DNA from: Saprospiraceae bacterium
GTDB lineage: Bacteria; Bacteroidota; Bacteroidia; Chitinophagales; Saprospiraceae
NCBI GenBank assembly: GCA_016787285.1
Contig: JAEUUV010000242.1
Coordinates: forward strand, 8,905 to 72,904
Length of the DNA: 64,000 bases
Reading direction: 5' to 3'
Part shown: piece by piece, positions 8,373 through 17,679 of the stretch
Layout: each line of letters begins with the position of its first letter
Position numbering within the stretch: the first letter of the stretch is position 1
Made by a program: the position numbers and the translations under genes
The notes under the pieces: generated by a model
The model's input: only the letters and a program-made list of their open reading frames with translations
Databases searched by the model: none
What the model was told of the DNA's origin: nothing

Positions 8373-10004
8373 TCAGGCTTCCTGCATGAATGGATAGCGA
8401 AAATCCACAGGCGGGACAAAGTTTTCCTTAATCGTACGAGGGGATAGCCAACGGTACATATTCAGCATGGAGCCGGCTTTATCATTCGTTCCCGAAGCCC
8501 TGCCTCCCCCAAATGGCTGCTGACCCACTACGGCGCCGGTAGGCTTATCGTTGATGTAGTAATTCCCCGCAGCGTGCCGGAGTTTGTGGTCGGCGAGCGC
8601 AAGCGCCGCACGGTCTTGCGAAAAAATGGCTCCGGTGAGTGCGTATGGCGAAGAGGTGTTGACAAGGTCCAGTGTCTCGGCAAACTGTGCATCTTCGTAT
8701 ACGTATACGGTCAGTACCGGCCCAAAGATTTCTTCGCACATGGTGATGTACCTCGGGTCGGAAGATTCGATGACTGTCGGTTCGATGTAATAGCCCTGGG
8801 ACTTGTCATAGTTTCCGCCCGCGATGATTTTGACTTTGTCCGACTGCTTTGCAGCCGCGATATACCCGGAGATTTTATCGAATGCTTTGGCGTCAATCAC
8901 CGCATTGAAGAAATTGGTAAAATCTTCGGGATTGCCCATTTTCATGTTGCGCAGGTCATCCAGCAGGTATTCCTGCACCTTCGGCCAAAGGCTTTTCGGG
9001 ATATAGGCCCGGGATGCCGCCGAACATTTTTGGCCCTGAAATTCGAATGCGCCGCGCGAAAGTGCTACTGCCACCGCTTTGGGATTGGCCGACGGGTGTG
9101 CCACTACAAAGTCTTTACCGCCCGTTTCGCCTACGATACGCGGGTATGTTTTGTATTTGGCAATGTTGGCTCCGATCGTTTTCCAGAGTGACTGGAATAT
9201 GCCGGTGCTTCCCGTGAAGTGCAGGCCGGCAAAGTCCGGATGCTGGAACACGACCTCTCCCACCGTGGGGCCGTCCACATAAACCAGATTGATGACGCCG
9301 GCCGGCAAACCTGCTTCTTCCAGAATTTCCATGATGACTGCTGCAGAATAAATTTGCGAGGCTGCCGGCTTCCAGACCGCTACGTTGCCGAGCATCGCCG
9401 GCGCTGTTGGAAGATTTCCGGCTATGGATGTGAAATTGAAGGGCGTCAGGGCAAAAACAAAGCCCTCCAGCGGTCGCCAGTCCATCCGATTCCATGTATT
9501 GCGCACACTCAGCGGCTGCTGTTTGTAGATTTCCTGCATGAACCAGACGTTGTAGCGCCAAAAATCCACCAGTTCGCACACGCAATCAATTTCAGCCTGA
9601 AACACATTTTTGCTCTGGCAAAGCATCGTGGCGGCGTTCATTTTGGCACGATACGGACCGGCCAGCAGGTCGGCGGCTTTCAGGAAAATGGCAGCCCGGT
9701 CTTGCCAGGGCATGGCTTCCCAGGCCGGCTTAGCCGCCAACGCCGCATCTATGGCGGCCCGGACATGCTCTGCACGCCCTACGGCATGTGTGCCCAGCGT
9801 GTGCGCCAGTTCGTGGGGCGGACGGATCAACGTTTTATCTTCTGTGAAGACATGCTTTCCACCTATGTACATCGGGATGTCCCGTTGCGTGGACTTCAGG
9901 TCGGCCAAAGCTTGTTTAAGTGATTTTTTTTCCGCCGAACCCGGCTCATAGTTCAGAATCGGCTCATTGACTGGGTGCGGCACGTGGAATACTGCGTCTG
10001 ACAT
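8373..10004 (-). CDS. pruA: L-glutamate gamma-semialdehyde (1-pyrroline-5-carboxylate) dehydrogenase
   Basis: A 543-aa aldehyde dehydrogenase. EFQGQKCSAASR carries the catalytic Cys and FTGSTGIF is present. The N-terminus is typical of long-form PruA. Confidence 0.85.
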   Translation of the reverse strand: MSDAVFHVPHPVNEPILNYEPGSAEKKSLKQALADLKSTQRDIPMYIGGKHVFTEDKTLIRPPHELAHTLGTHAVGRAEHVRAAIDAALAAKPAWEAMPWQDRAAIFLKAADLLAGPYRAKMNAATMLCQSKNVFQAEIDCVCELVDFWRYNVWFMQEIYKQQPLSVRNTWNRMDWRPLEGFVFALTPFNFTSIAGNLPTAPAMLGNVAVWKPAASQIYSAAVIMEILEEAGLPAGVINLVYVDGPTVGEVVFQHPDFAGLHFTGSTGIFQSLWKTIGANIAKYKTYPRIVGETGGKDFVVAHPSANPKAVAVALSRGAFEFQGQKCSAASRAYIPKSLWPKVQEYLLDDLRNMKMGNPEDFTNFFNAVIDAKAFDKISGYIAAAKQSDKVKIIAGGNYDKSQGYYIEPTVIESSDPRYITMCEEIFGPVLTVYVYEDAQFAETLDLVNTSSPYALTGAIFSQDRAALALADHKLRHAAGNYYINDKPTGAVVGQQPFGGGRASGTNDKAGSMLNMYRWLSPRTIKENFVPPVDFRYPFMQEA

Positions 10005-10019
10005 GTGTCAAAAATATGG

Positions 10020-10478
10020 TTAAGTGATTTGAATTTCTTTCGGAATGAATGGCGTGGCATCGCCACCACCTGTGATAATTTCCCGCACAATCGTACTACT
10101 GATGTGCGACATTTCCGGCTGAGCAATCAGAAATACGGTCTCAATACCGCCACCTACGATGTGATTGAGTTGGGAAATTGTCTTCTCGTAGTCGAAATCC
10201 GATCCGTTTCGAAGCCCCCGCAACAGGTATCGGGCGCCGATGCGTTGGCAGTAATGTGCTGTCAGGTTTTGGAAATAATCAACCCGTATCTTTGGATTCG
10301 CCTTGAAAACCTGACGCAGCCACTCCAGGCGCTGATCCAGCGAAAACAGGTATTTTTTAGAGGTATTCACCCCCACAGCTACTACAATTTCGTCGAACAG
10401 AGGCATGGCACGTGTAACCAGATCAACATGCCCGATGGTAATTGGATCGAAAGAACCGGGGAATACGGCTATTTTCAT
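10020..10478 (-). CDS. coaD: Pantetheine-phosphate adenylyltransferase
   Basis: The ATG at 10478 gives MKIAVFPGSFDPITIGHVDLV (the T/HxGH motif). The product is about 152 aa. Confidence 0.9.
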   Translation of the reverse strand: MKIAVFPGSFDPITIGHVDLVTRAMPLFDEIVVAVGVNTSKKYLFSLDQRLEWLRQVFKANPKIRVDYFQNLTAHYCQRIGARYLLRGLRNGSDFDYEKTISQLNHIVGGGIETVFLIAQPEMSHISSTIVREIITGGGDATPFIPKEIQIT

Positions 10479-10606
10479 GCAAGTGCGATATGTTGGGCGA
10501 AGGTGGCAATTTTCAGGAACTGCACAAAGAAAATGCCCTGCGCCTGTGTCCAACCCGATACAAGACCTACATTTGCCCTGTTAACTAAACTGTAATAATT
10601 GAAAAC

Positions 10607-11095
10607 ATGAATTCAAAAAAGTTAGTGCTCGTTTCCGCGCTCCTGGTTGGGTGCATTGTGACATCTTTCAGCCAGGATTACAAGTCGGCCATTGGCTTAC
10701 GTCTTGGCTACCCGGTGTCAATCTCTTACAAAACCTTCATCAGCGAGCCTGGCGCCATCGAAGTATTCGGCGGCTTCCGTTCCTGGACAGGCTATAAGTG
10801 GTTCAATGTTGGTGGTTTGTATGAGCACCACGCTGAAATTCCCGGCGCCGACGGTCTGAGTTGGTACTTTGGTGGCGGTGCTTCGGTTTTCTTCTGGACC
10901 TATGACGAAGGTTTTGCTGGAGGATCGAGCACCAGCTTCGGTCTCTTGGGAACATTGGGTCTTGATTACAAATTTGCAGAGGCTCCGATTAACCTGTCGC
11001 TGGACTGGGTTCCGCACTTCTTCATCAACGGCTACGGCAGTGGCTTTGGCGGTGGATACGGCGCACTCAGCGTCAGGTATGTACTTTCCGAATAA
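10607..11095 (+). CDS. Small outer-membrane beta-barrel protein
   Basis: Signal peptide ending SFSQ, alternating Gly/aromatic beta-strand pattern, and an aromatic-rich C-terminus. Confidence 0.6.
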   Translation: MNSKKLVLVSALLVGCIVTSFSQDYKSAIGLRLGYPVSISYKTFISEPGAIEVFGGFRSWTGYKWFNVGGLYEHHAEIPGADGLSWYFGGGASVFFWTYDEGFAGGSSTSFGLLGTLGLDYKFAEAPINLSLDWVPHFFINGYGSGFGGGYGALSVRYVLSE

Positions 11096-11126
11096 GAAAA
11101 ACAATCTACCACTGTAAAAAACACAT

Positions 11127-11161
11127 GGGCAGACGCCGAATCCGGCAGTCTGCCCTTTTTT
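11127..11161. terminator. Bidirectional intrinsic terminator
   Basis: GGGCAGAC...GTCTGCCC stem flanked by AAAAAA on one side and TTTTTT on the other, between convergent genes. Confidence 0.65.
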
Positions 11162-11459
11162 AATTTTCCCGGCCCGGCTCAAATTCAGCCAAACCACTTG
11201 CCGTATCATGATGAATCGCTTTTTTCCGGTTGCGCCACCACCAATACCCAATGGATACTACCAGAAGATACGGCATCGCCAGCATATACAAAATGCCGGC
11301 GTTCAGTCCTCGGCCATCGGTGCCGCCATTTTTCAGGTTGGATTCAGCAGACATACGGCACATCGGACATTGCGCCGAGGCATCGAATGGAATCAGCCAA
11401 AAGATGAGCAGCAGGATTCCAACAACGACTCCGACTTTGATTGCCTTGCTATTTTTCAT
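11160..11459 (-). CDS. Small membrane protein with a CPMC motif (last gene of the respiratory cluster)
   Basis: The ATG at 11459 gives MKNSKAIKVGVVVGILLLIFWLIPFDASAQCPMCRMS... There are two TM helices. Confidence 0.5.
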   Translation of the reverse strand: MKNSKAIKVGVVVGILLLIFWLIPFDASAQCPMCRMSAESNLKNGGTDGRGLNAGILYMLAMPYLLVVSIGYWWWRNRKKAIHHDTASGLAEFEPGREN

Positions 11460-11497
11460 ACTTAAGCGTGTTTTTTTTAACTCTTGTTTCCCGCAAA

Positions 11498-12049
11498 TCA
11501 GTAGTACGGCCGGAGCATCAGGTAACAAATTGGCCCGGTGATGGCCACATACAGCCATAGCGGAAAAACCCAACGCGCCATTTTCCTGTGGCGTTCATAC
11601 TGCATAGTGTACGCCCGGTTGAAGGTCAGGAGGATAAACGGCAAAATGACCGCAGCCAAAATTACATGAGTAATGAGAATGAAAAAGTAAATGTACCGAA
11701 TAGAGCCCTCACCGCCAAAACGTGTTTCAGCAGTCGTAAAATGGTACAACACATATGACAAGAGGAACAACGCCGAACAAACCATAGCCGCATAAATGGC
11801 GCGACGGTGCGCCTGTACATTTTTTTGGCGGATAAATACGTAGGCGAACACCAGAATAACCGCGGCCAAAGCATTCAGCGAAGCATGTACAGGCGGCAGA
11901 AAACTAAAGTCAATTCCTACATCCACCTTTACCCTGCGCATCATCATAACCAAAATAAGGACGACGGCAGATACGACATAGGCAAGCAGGTTCAGCCGTT
12001 TTTCAAGCCGGAGATTTTCCGGAGAGACTTGTTCGTTCATGGATTCCAT
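11498..12049 (-). CDS. DUF420-family membrane protein (haem-copper oxidase associated)
   Basis: Four to five TM helices. The sequence pattern (HASLNALAAVILVFAY...HRRAIYAAM...HRKMARW) matches DUF420, which commonly follows cox genes. Confidence 0.65.
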   Translation of the reverse strand: MESMNEQVSPENLRLEKRLNLLAYVVSAVVLILVMMMRRVKVDVGIDFSFLPPVHASLNALAAVILVFAYVFIRQKNVQAHRRAIYAAMVCSALFLLSYVLYHFTTAETRFGGEGSIRYIYFFILITHVILAAVILPFILLTFNRAYTMQYERHRKMARWVFPLWLYVAITGPICYLMLRPYY

Positions 12050-12058
12050 ATCCTGCAG

Positions 12059-12688
12059 TTATCTTTTGGGCAACAGTAAAGCGATGTGTTCCACCATCCG
12101 GCCAACTTCTTTTTCGCTCGTTGCGTCGTAGAAACTCCGGATGGTGCCGGTAGTATCAGCCAATGCAAAGTAATGTTCCGATGGTCTTACATTGTTTTTT
12201 TGGCAGTAGAGGTCGTACGCGTTTACCAGTATCGTCCGCCACGAACCCAATGCACCTGTCCATACCCAGTTGGCAAAGTCGGCACTTGGCAAGGTTTGCG
12301 CATGGGTTCGAAACTCGGCTGATCCGCTTTGAGCAATCATCACGAGCCTGAAGTCGTCGTAAGTATTACCGGATTTATAGCCGAACTGTTTGAAAAGCCG
12401 CTCACCGGTATCCAGAATATGTTTATTTTCCAGCGTGAGCTCCGGATTTGCACCAAAGTAGTAGATCACACATACTTTTTCGGCCAGCATATTTTCCTTG
12501 GTGCCATCGGGATAAATCACCTGTGCCCCGCGAATCTTGCCGTAGTTCTGAAGTTCAGCCTGAGCCTGTTTACGCCAATTCAACCCGCCCTTCAAGTAGT
12601 ACCACGACCCTGCCGGCAGGCCCACCAACAGCAGGAAAAGTACGATTGTAATGAAAGTTTTGCGTTTAACAGAAACCTGTTCGCTCAT
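12059..12688 (-). CDS. Membrane-anchored SCO1/SenC-position protein lacking CxxxC
   Basis: The ATG at 12688 is followed by an N-terminal TM anchor. The gene occupies the position usually held by SCO in cox clusters, but no CxxxC motif is visible. Confidence 0.4.
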   Translation of the reverse strand: MSEQVSVKRKTFITIVLFLLLVGLPAGSWYYLKGGLNWRKQAQAELQNYGKIRGAQVIYPDGTKENMLAEKVCVIYYFGANPELTLENKHILDTGERLFKQFGYKSGNTYDDFRLVMIAQSGSAEFRTHAQTLPSADFANWVWTGALGSWRTILVNAYDLYCQKNNVRPSEHYFALADTTGTIRSFYDATSEKEVGRMVEHIALLLPKR

Positions 12689-12760
12689 ATCCAATAAGTA
12701 GTTTTTATGCCGAAACCAAACAAAAAAGGCGAGGTATTGTTCCCTCGCCCCTTGCATGTC

Positions 12761-13195
12761 TTAGCCTTTCCGGGGCCATTCCGCTGCGGGTAACAAATAT
12801 CCCTGCGGCTGACCTGTTTTCGGCTTGACGACTTCTTCGTTTTTTTCACGAATCAGTTCACGACGAGCGCCCCAGGAACTGCCTTCCTGAAAAAAGGCGA
12901 TGATTGCCCAAATCAGTAGCGTCGTTGGTAGCAATACGCTTAGCATCATCCCGCGTACTTCATACGCCATGTGCATGAAATAAAAGATAATGAAGTAGGC
13001 CTTGTAAAGGGAGAACCCGATCATCAGCAGCATGTACAGGTAATGACCAAAGCCTTCCGTGAACCGGATGCCGTGAACCAGATGCCCTTTGGCCAAAAGG
13101 GCGACTACGACTTCTACGATCGTGATGGCACCCAGGAGCAGAAGCCCCCGGAACACCAGGGCTTTTTGTTCTTCGTATGTTTGATGTCCAGCCAT
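12761..13195 (-). CDS. Cytochrome c oxidase subunit IV-like membrane protein
   Basis: About 144 aa with 3-4 TM helices, directly downstream of the subunit III genes. Confidence 0.6.
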   Translation of the reverse strand: MAGHQTYEEQKALVFRGLLLLGAITIVEVVVALLAKGHLVHGIRFTEGFGHYLYMLLMIGFSLYKAYFIIFYFMHMAYEVRGMMLSVLLPTTLLIWAIIAFFQEGSSWGARRELIREKNEEVVKPKTGQPQGYLLPAAEWPRKG

Positions 13196-13257
13196 ATTGT
13201 TGACAAGTGTGGTTGCGAAATGAACGAAAATAAGAGGATTTAAGGCTTAAGTCAGGT

Positions 13258-14142
13258 TTATAGCAGGTAGAAAACAAGAAACACGAATACCCACACCAAG
13301 TCCACGAAGTGCCAGTAGAGGCCAATTTTTTCCACCATTTCATAACCGTTCCTGCGTGCGGCATACAATCCGCTGGCGGCATTGATCATGATTATGGTGA
13401 GAAATAAAACACCTGAAAACACGTGGAAACCGTGAAAGCCGGTTATGAAAAAGAACAGCGCTCCGAAGGCTTTCGGGCCGAACGTGGCGTCTTTTACCTG
13501 TCCGGCATGTTGCCCGCTTGTGTATTTCAATTTTGGAATATCGAACTCACCGTTATGCTTGTGAAGCAGATAGTTATCGCCTTTCGCAAAGGCTTTTGGG
13601 GTACCATCTTCGTTTTTGGCTTCACTACCGTCAGCGTTCAGGTACACCCCGTCGGCGGTGTGTCGTCCAAACGGATTCACAGATACGGTCATGTGCTCCT
13701 TGGCAATAAGTGTCGTCCATTCATACGCCTGCGACCCCAAAAAGGTAGCACCGCCCAGGATGGTTAGAAACATCCAGAACACTACTCCCCGCTGGTTTTC
13801 CCGGTGTCCTTCCTGAACGGCACGAACCATCGTTACCGAACTGAAAATGAGGACAAAGGTCATAAACGTCACGAAGATCAGCGGCCAGTGCGCATTTACG
13901 AACGGAAAAGAAGCAAACACAAAGTCTGCCTCCGGCCAGGTCGGCGTGCTGAAACGGAGTGCTCCATATGCGATCAGAAAGCCCGCGAACGTGAAGGCAT
14001 CCGACAGCAGGAAGTACCACATCATCAATTTGCCATAACTGGCTTTGAAAGGCACTTTTTCACCACCTTCCCAATTAATTCCATCCTCTTGATGGTCGTG
14101 TGCATGTGTGTCGTGTGCGTGTGCGACTGAAGTATCTGCCAT
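13258..14142 (-). CDS. Haem-copper oxidase subunit III family protein (second copy)
   Basis: The tracked start at 14151 is TTG. The ATG at 14142 gives MADTSVAHAHDTHAHDHQ... The C-terminal FHGFHVFSGV...YWHFVDLVWVFVF is typical of subunit III. Confidence 0.8.
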   Translation of the reverse strand: MADTSVAHAHDTHAHDHQEDGINWEGGEKVPFKASYGKLMMWYFLLSDAFTFAGFLIAYGALRFSTPTWPEADFVFASFPFVNAHWPLIFVTFMTFVLIFSSVTMVRAVQEGHRENQRGVVFWMFLTILGGATFLGSQAYEWTTLIAKEHMTVSVNPFGRHTADGVYLNADGSEAKNEDGTPKAFAKGDNYLLHKHNGEFDIPKLKYTSGQHAGQVKDATFGPKAFGALFFFITGFHGFHVFSGVLFLTIIMINAASGLYAARRNGYEMVEKIGLYWHFVDLVWVFVFLVFYLL

Positions 14143-14185
14143 GTTCAACAAGTATTGTAAGTAGTAGGAATTTTAAGTGCGTGGT

Positions 14186-14764
14186 TTAAGCGGATTGTAT
14201 CAAGAAGAAGACAAAAAGATATACCCAGAGTGCGTCTACGAAATGCCAATAATGCACCACCAGTTCGAAGCGAAGCCGGCGTCGGGGTGTGGGTTTGTAC
14301 GGCAAAACGTGCGCATGAACCATCGCCACGATTAATGCCGCTACACCACCGAGTACGTGGGCTGCGTGTAAGCCGGAGATTACATACACAAACGAACTGG
14401 ACGGGTTGGTGGTAAAGGTCGCTCCCATCTCCGTCATGGCATTCCAGCCCATATACTGCAACACCACAAATGTGATTCCGAGTACAAACGTCACCAATAG
14501 CAGTGCCTTATACTGCTTTTCAATCCCTCGTAAAAATGCCCGGTACGACGCATGCAACGTGATGCTGCTAACCACTATAACAAGCGTATTGAGAAAGAAA
14601 ATATCCGGCAATTTGAATTCATACCAGTTGCCGGCAGCACGCCGCACGATGTACGCGCTCGTGAATGCTCCGAACATCATGATGATCGTGGCAATGGCGA
14701 CCCACAAAGCGAATTTGTGGGAGTGAATTTTATTATGGCCGTATTCGGTTGACACCGTATTCAT
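14186..14764 (-). CDS. ctaE: Cytochrome c oxidase subunit III
   Basis: GLHAAHVLGG and HYWHFVDALWVYLF are subunit III signatures. Confidence 0.8.
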   Translation of the reverse strand: MNTVSTEYGHNKIHSHKFALWVAIATIIMMFGAFTSAYIVRRAAGNWYEFKLPDIFFLNTLVIVVSSITLHASYRAFLRGIEKQYKALLLVTFVLGITFVVLQYMGWNAMTEMGATFTTNPSSSFVYVISGLHAAHVLGGVAALIVAMVHAHVLPYKPTPRRRLRFELVVHYWHFVDALWVYLFVFFLIQSA

Positions 14765-14773
14765 ACTCTTTTT

Positions 14774-15676
14774 TTAAATTTTATCAAGCAACACCACAAT
14801 CAGCGACAAAGGCAGGTGCAGAAACGAAGCGAACATTTGTCGGCGCGCTGCATCCCTCGAACAGGTGCGGAATAGTCCCCAGCACCGGTAAGCAAAGTAG
14901 CCGTTCAGAAGAACAAGTGCCAGCGTAGCCACTGCACCTGTGAAACCTATGCCGTACCCTATCACCGCACTTGCAATCAGCAACACGCAGAAAACAAATG
15001 AAAGCAGTCCGGTGGTGACATTCTTTTCACTGTTTCGGGAGGGAAGCATATAAAAGCCTGCACGTTTGTAGTCTTCATCCGCCAGCCAGGCAACCGCCCA
15101 GAAGTGGGGGAACTGCCAGAGGAACTGGAGCGTGAACAGCATCAGAGAGGTCGTCGTAAGAACCCCGTCCCATGCTGTGCAACCAATTACCAACGGCAAC
15201 GCCCCGGGGACAGCCCCTACAACAACCGCAAGGGGCGTCGAACGTTTCAGAGGCGTATAGATGAATGCATAACTAATCAGCGACAACATCCCCAGAAAGC
15301 CGGTCAATGGATTAAAGATCGTGAGCATGGTGACTCCGAAAAGCGCCATCATGCCTGCCCACAAAACTGCCGTGGAAACGCTCATTCGACCAGTCGCAAC
15401 CGGACGATTTGCAGTTCGCGGCATCAAACGGTCGTAATCGCGCTCCAGCACCTGGTTCAGCGCATTGGCAGCTCCGGTCACCAAAAAACCGCCCGCTGCC
15501 AAAAGCAACATGCCTATCCAGCCTGTTTGCCCGGAACCCGCTATTGCGTACGAAATTAGTGCTGAAAAGAGCACCATCAACGTCAGTTTGAACTTGACTA
15601 ACAGCCCGAAATCCGTGATAGCCTGGGTAAGGCTTGCCCGGAGTGTCAGTTGTTGTGCCGAAGAGTTTGGTTGCAA
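14774..15676 (-). CDS. ctaB: Protohaem IX farnesyltransferase (haem O synthase)
   Basis: UbiA-type motif NQVLERDYDRLMPRTANRP and nine TM helices. The tracked start codon is TTG with no nearby ATG, so the start is uncertain. Confidence 0.85.
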   Translation of the reverse strand: MQPNSSAQQLTLRASLTQAITDFGLLVKFKLTLMVLFSALISYAIAGSGQTGWIGMLLLAAGGFLVTGAANALNQVLERDYDRLMPRTANRPVATGRMSVSTAVLWAGMMALFGVTMLTIFNPLTGFLGMLSLISYAFIYTPLKRSTPLAVVVGAVPGALPLVIGCTAWDGVLTTTSLMLFTLQFLWQFPHFWAVAWLADEDYKRAGFYMLPSRNSEKNVTTGLLSFVFCVLLIASAVIGYGIGFTGAVATLALVLLNGYFAYRCWGLFRTCSRDAARRQMFASFLHLPLSLIVVLLDKI

Positions 15677-15691
15677 GATTGTAAGTATTTT

Positions 15692-15751
15692 AGTGTTTTA
15701 GTGCCTTGGTGTTTTAGTTGATGCATTAAAACACCAAGGCACTAAAACACT
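15692..15751 (-). repeat. Perfect 25-bp-stem hairpin between ctaD and ctaB
   Basis: AGTGTTTTAGTGCCTTGGTGTTTTA (15692-15716), a 10-nt loop, then the exact reverse complement (15727-15751). Confidence 0.9.
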
Positions 15752-15759
15752 GCTTTTAT

Positions 15760-17616
15760 TCAATGTCCGTGATCGTGTTCGCCTTCTTTAAGAGGAACGT
15801 ATTGCGGGATGAACTCTTCCCCTCCCTTACCATAGTCATAGGACCAGCGCTGAACTGTCGGGATGTTTCCTGGCCAGTTGCCGTGTCCGGCGTGTATCGG
15901 AGTTGTCCATTCCAGCGTATTGGCCCCCCACGGGTTTTTCGTTGTGGATTTACGTCCGCTGAAAATGGAGTAAAAGAAGTTTATCACAAAAATTACCTGC
16001 AGGAAGAAAACTACGATGGCTGCAATTGTGATGAATTGGTTCAACTCGGTAAAGTGGCGGAATGCCTCAAAGGAAGCCCCACCGTCGTAGTAGCGGCGCG
16101 GCACGCCGGCCATACCGGTGTAGTGCATCGGCCAAAAGATTGCATAAGCGCCGATGAGCGTCCCCCAGAAGTGTATTTTGCCCAGCGTTTCGTTCATAAA
16201 ACGTCCGAACATTTTGGGGAACCAGTGGTAAATACCCGCAAACATGCCGAAGAAGGCAGCAATACCCATCACAATGTGGAAGTGGGCAACCACAAAGTAA
16301 GTATCATGCAACTGGATGTCAATGGCAGAGTTTCCAAGGAAAATACCGGTGAGGCCACCCGAAATGAACATCGAAACGAAACCAACGGCGAACAAACTTG
16401 CCGCAGTAAAGCGGATATTTGATCCGTAAATGGTCGAAATCCAGTTGAATACTTTTACCGCAGAAGGTACGGCAATGATCAAGGTGAATACGACAAAGAA
16501 GTTACTGATGAACGGGTTTACTCCGGACATAAACATGTGGTGTGCCCACACGATAAACGACAGGAAAGCGATGGCAAGAATAGAAAGTACCATGGCCCGG
16601 TAGCCAAAGATCGGCTTGCGTGCATGTACCGAAAGTACTTCCGATACAATACCCATAGCAGGCAGGATGATGATGTACACCTCGGGGTGCCCCAGGAACC
16701 AGAACAGGTGCTGAAACAGGATCGGGCTGCCGCCGACACGGTCAAGAATCTGGCCGCCGACTACGATTTCGCTCAGATAAAAAGACGTACCCATGCTGCG
16801 GTCAAACATCAGCAGAAGAACACCAGACAACAAAACCGGGAACGACAGTACGCCCAAAATTGCCGTGATGAAAAATGCCCAGATCGTGAGCGGCATACGC
16901 CACAGGTTCATACCTTTCGTGCGCAGGTTGAGCACCGTGGTTACGTAGTTGATACCACCCAAAAGGGCTGAAACTACAAAGAGCGCCATTGCGACAATCC
17001 ACATCGTCATACCTGCACCGGAGCCGTCGGAAGCCTGCGGCAATGCACTGAGCGGCGGATATGCCGTCCAGCCACCGGAGAATGGACCTGTGCTGAGAAA
17101 AAGTGAAAGGAACATCACCACACTGGCCAGGAAGAAGAACCAGTAAGAAAAAGCATTAAGCAGCGGCGACGCCATATCACGTGCACCTACCTGCAATGGA
17201 ATCAGAAGATTGGAAAAAGTACCGCTCAAACCGGCCGTCAGTACGAAGAAGACCAGCACGGTTCCGTGTATTGTGACCAGCGAGTAGTAAAACTCCGGGT
17301 CCAATTTGCCAATGCCGGCGTCATTCACCTGAATCCATTTGCCAAGGATCGGCTGCAGCCAAGCCATGTCGGCCTCGGGAAAACCGAGTTGCAAACGGAA
17401 TACGATGGACATAGCAGCGCCCATGAGCGCCCAGAAGATGCCCGTGATCAGGAATTGACGACCGATGATTTTGTGGTCGGTGCTGAAAATGTACGTCGTC
17501 AGAAAATTCGACTGGTACTTATCGCCATGATGGTGCTCGTGGAAGTGATCGTCATAGCCCAGTTCCTGGGTGAGTTTTTCTTCCAGCGTTTCAGTGGCGG
17601 TTACTGCGTGAGCCAT
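15760..17616 (-). CDS. ctaD: Cytochrome c oxidase subunit I
   Basis: 618 aa. WFLGHPEVYIIILP, WAHHMF and VAHFHIVM are haem-copper oxidase subunit I signatures. Confidence 0.95.
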   Translation of the reverse strand: MAHAVTATETLEEKLTQELGYDDHFHEHHHGDKYQSNFLTTYIFSTDHKIIGRQFLITGIFWALMGAAMSIVFRLQLGFPEADMAWLQPILGKWIQVNDAGIGKLDPEFYYSLVTIHGTVLVFFVLTAGLSGTFSNLLIPLQVGARDMASPLLNAFSYWFFFLASVVMFLSLFLSTGPFSGGWTAYPPLSALPQASDGSGAGMTMWIVAMALFVVSALLGGINYVTTVLNLRTKGMNLWRMPLTIWAFFITAILGVLSFPVLLSGVLLLMFDRSMGTSFYLSEIVVGGQILDRVGGSPILFQHLFWFLGHPEVYIIILPAMGIVSEVLSVHARKPIFGYRAMVLSILAIAFLSFIVWAHHMFMSGVNPFISNFFVVFTLIIAVPSAVKVFNWISTIYGSNIRFTAASLFAVGFVSMFISGGLTGIFLGNSAIDIQLHDTYFVVAHFHIVMGIAAFFGMFAGIYHWFPKMFGRFMNETLGKIHFWGTLIGAYAIFWPMHYTGMAGVPRRYYDGGASFEAFRHFTELNQFITIAAIVVFFLQVIFVINFFYSIFSGRKSTTKNPWGANTLEWTTPIHAGHGNWPGNIPTVQRWSYDYGKGGEEFIPQYVPLKEGEHDHGH

Positions 17617-17679
17617 AGCCTGTTGAATTTGTATTGAGTGAACGTTCCTGGGTCCGGTGTTCTCGTTATAAATTTTAGT

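Noticed and set aside
8100-8447. 115-aa ORF on the plus strand
   Set aside because: It runs through the tRNA-Leu gene and its terminator.
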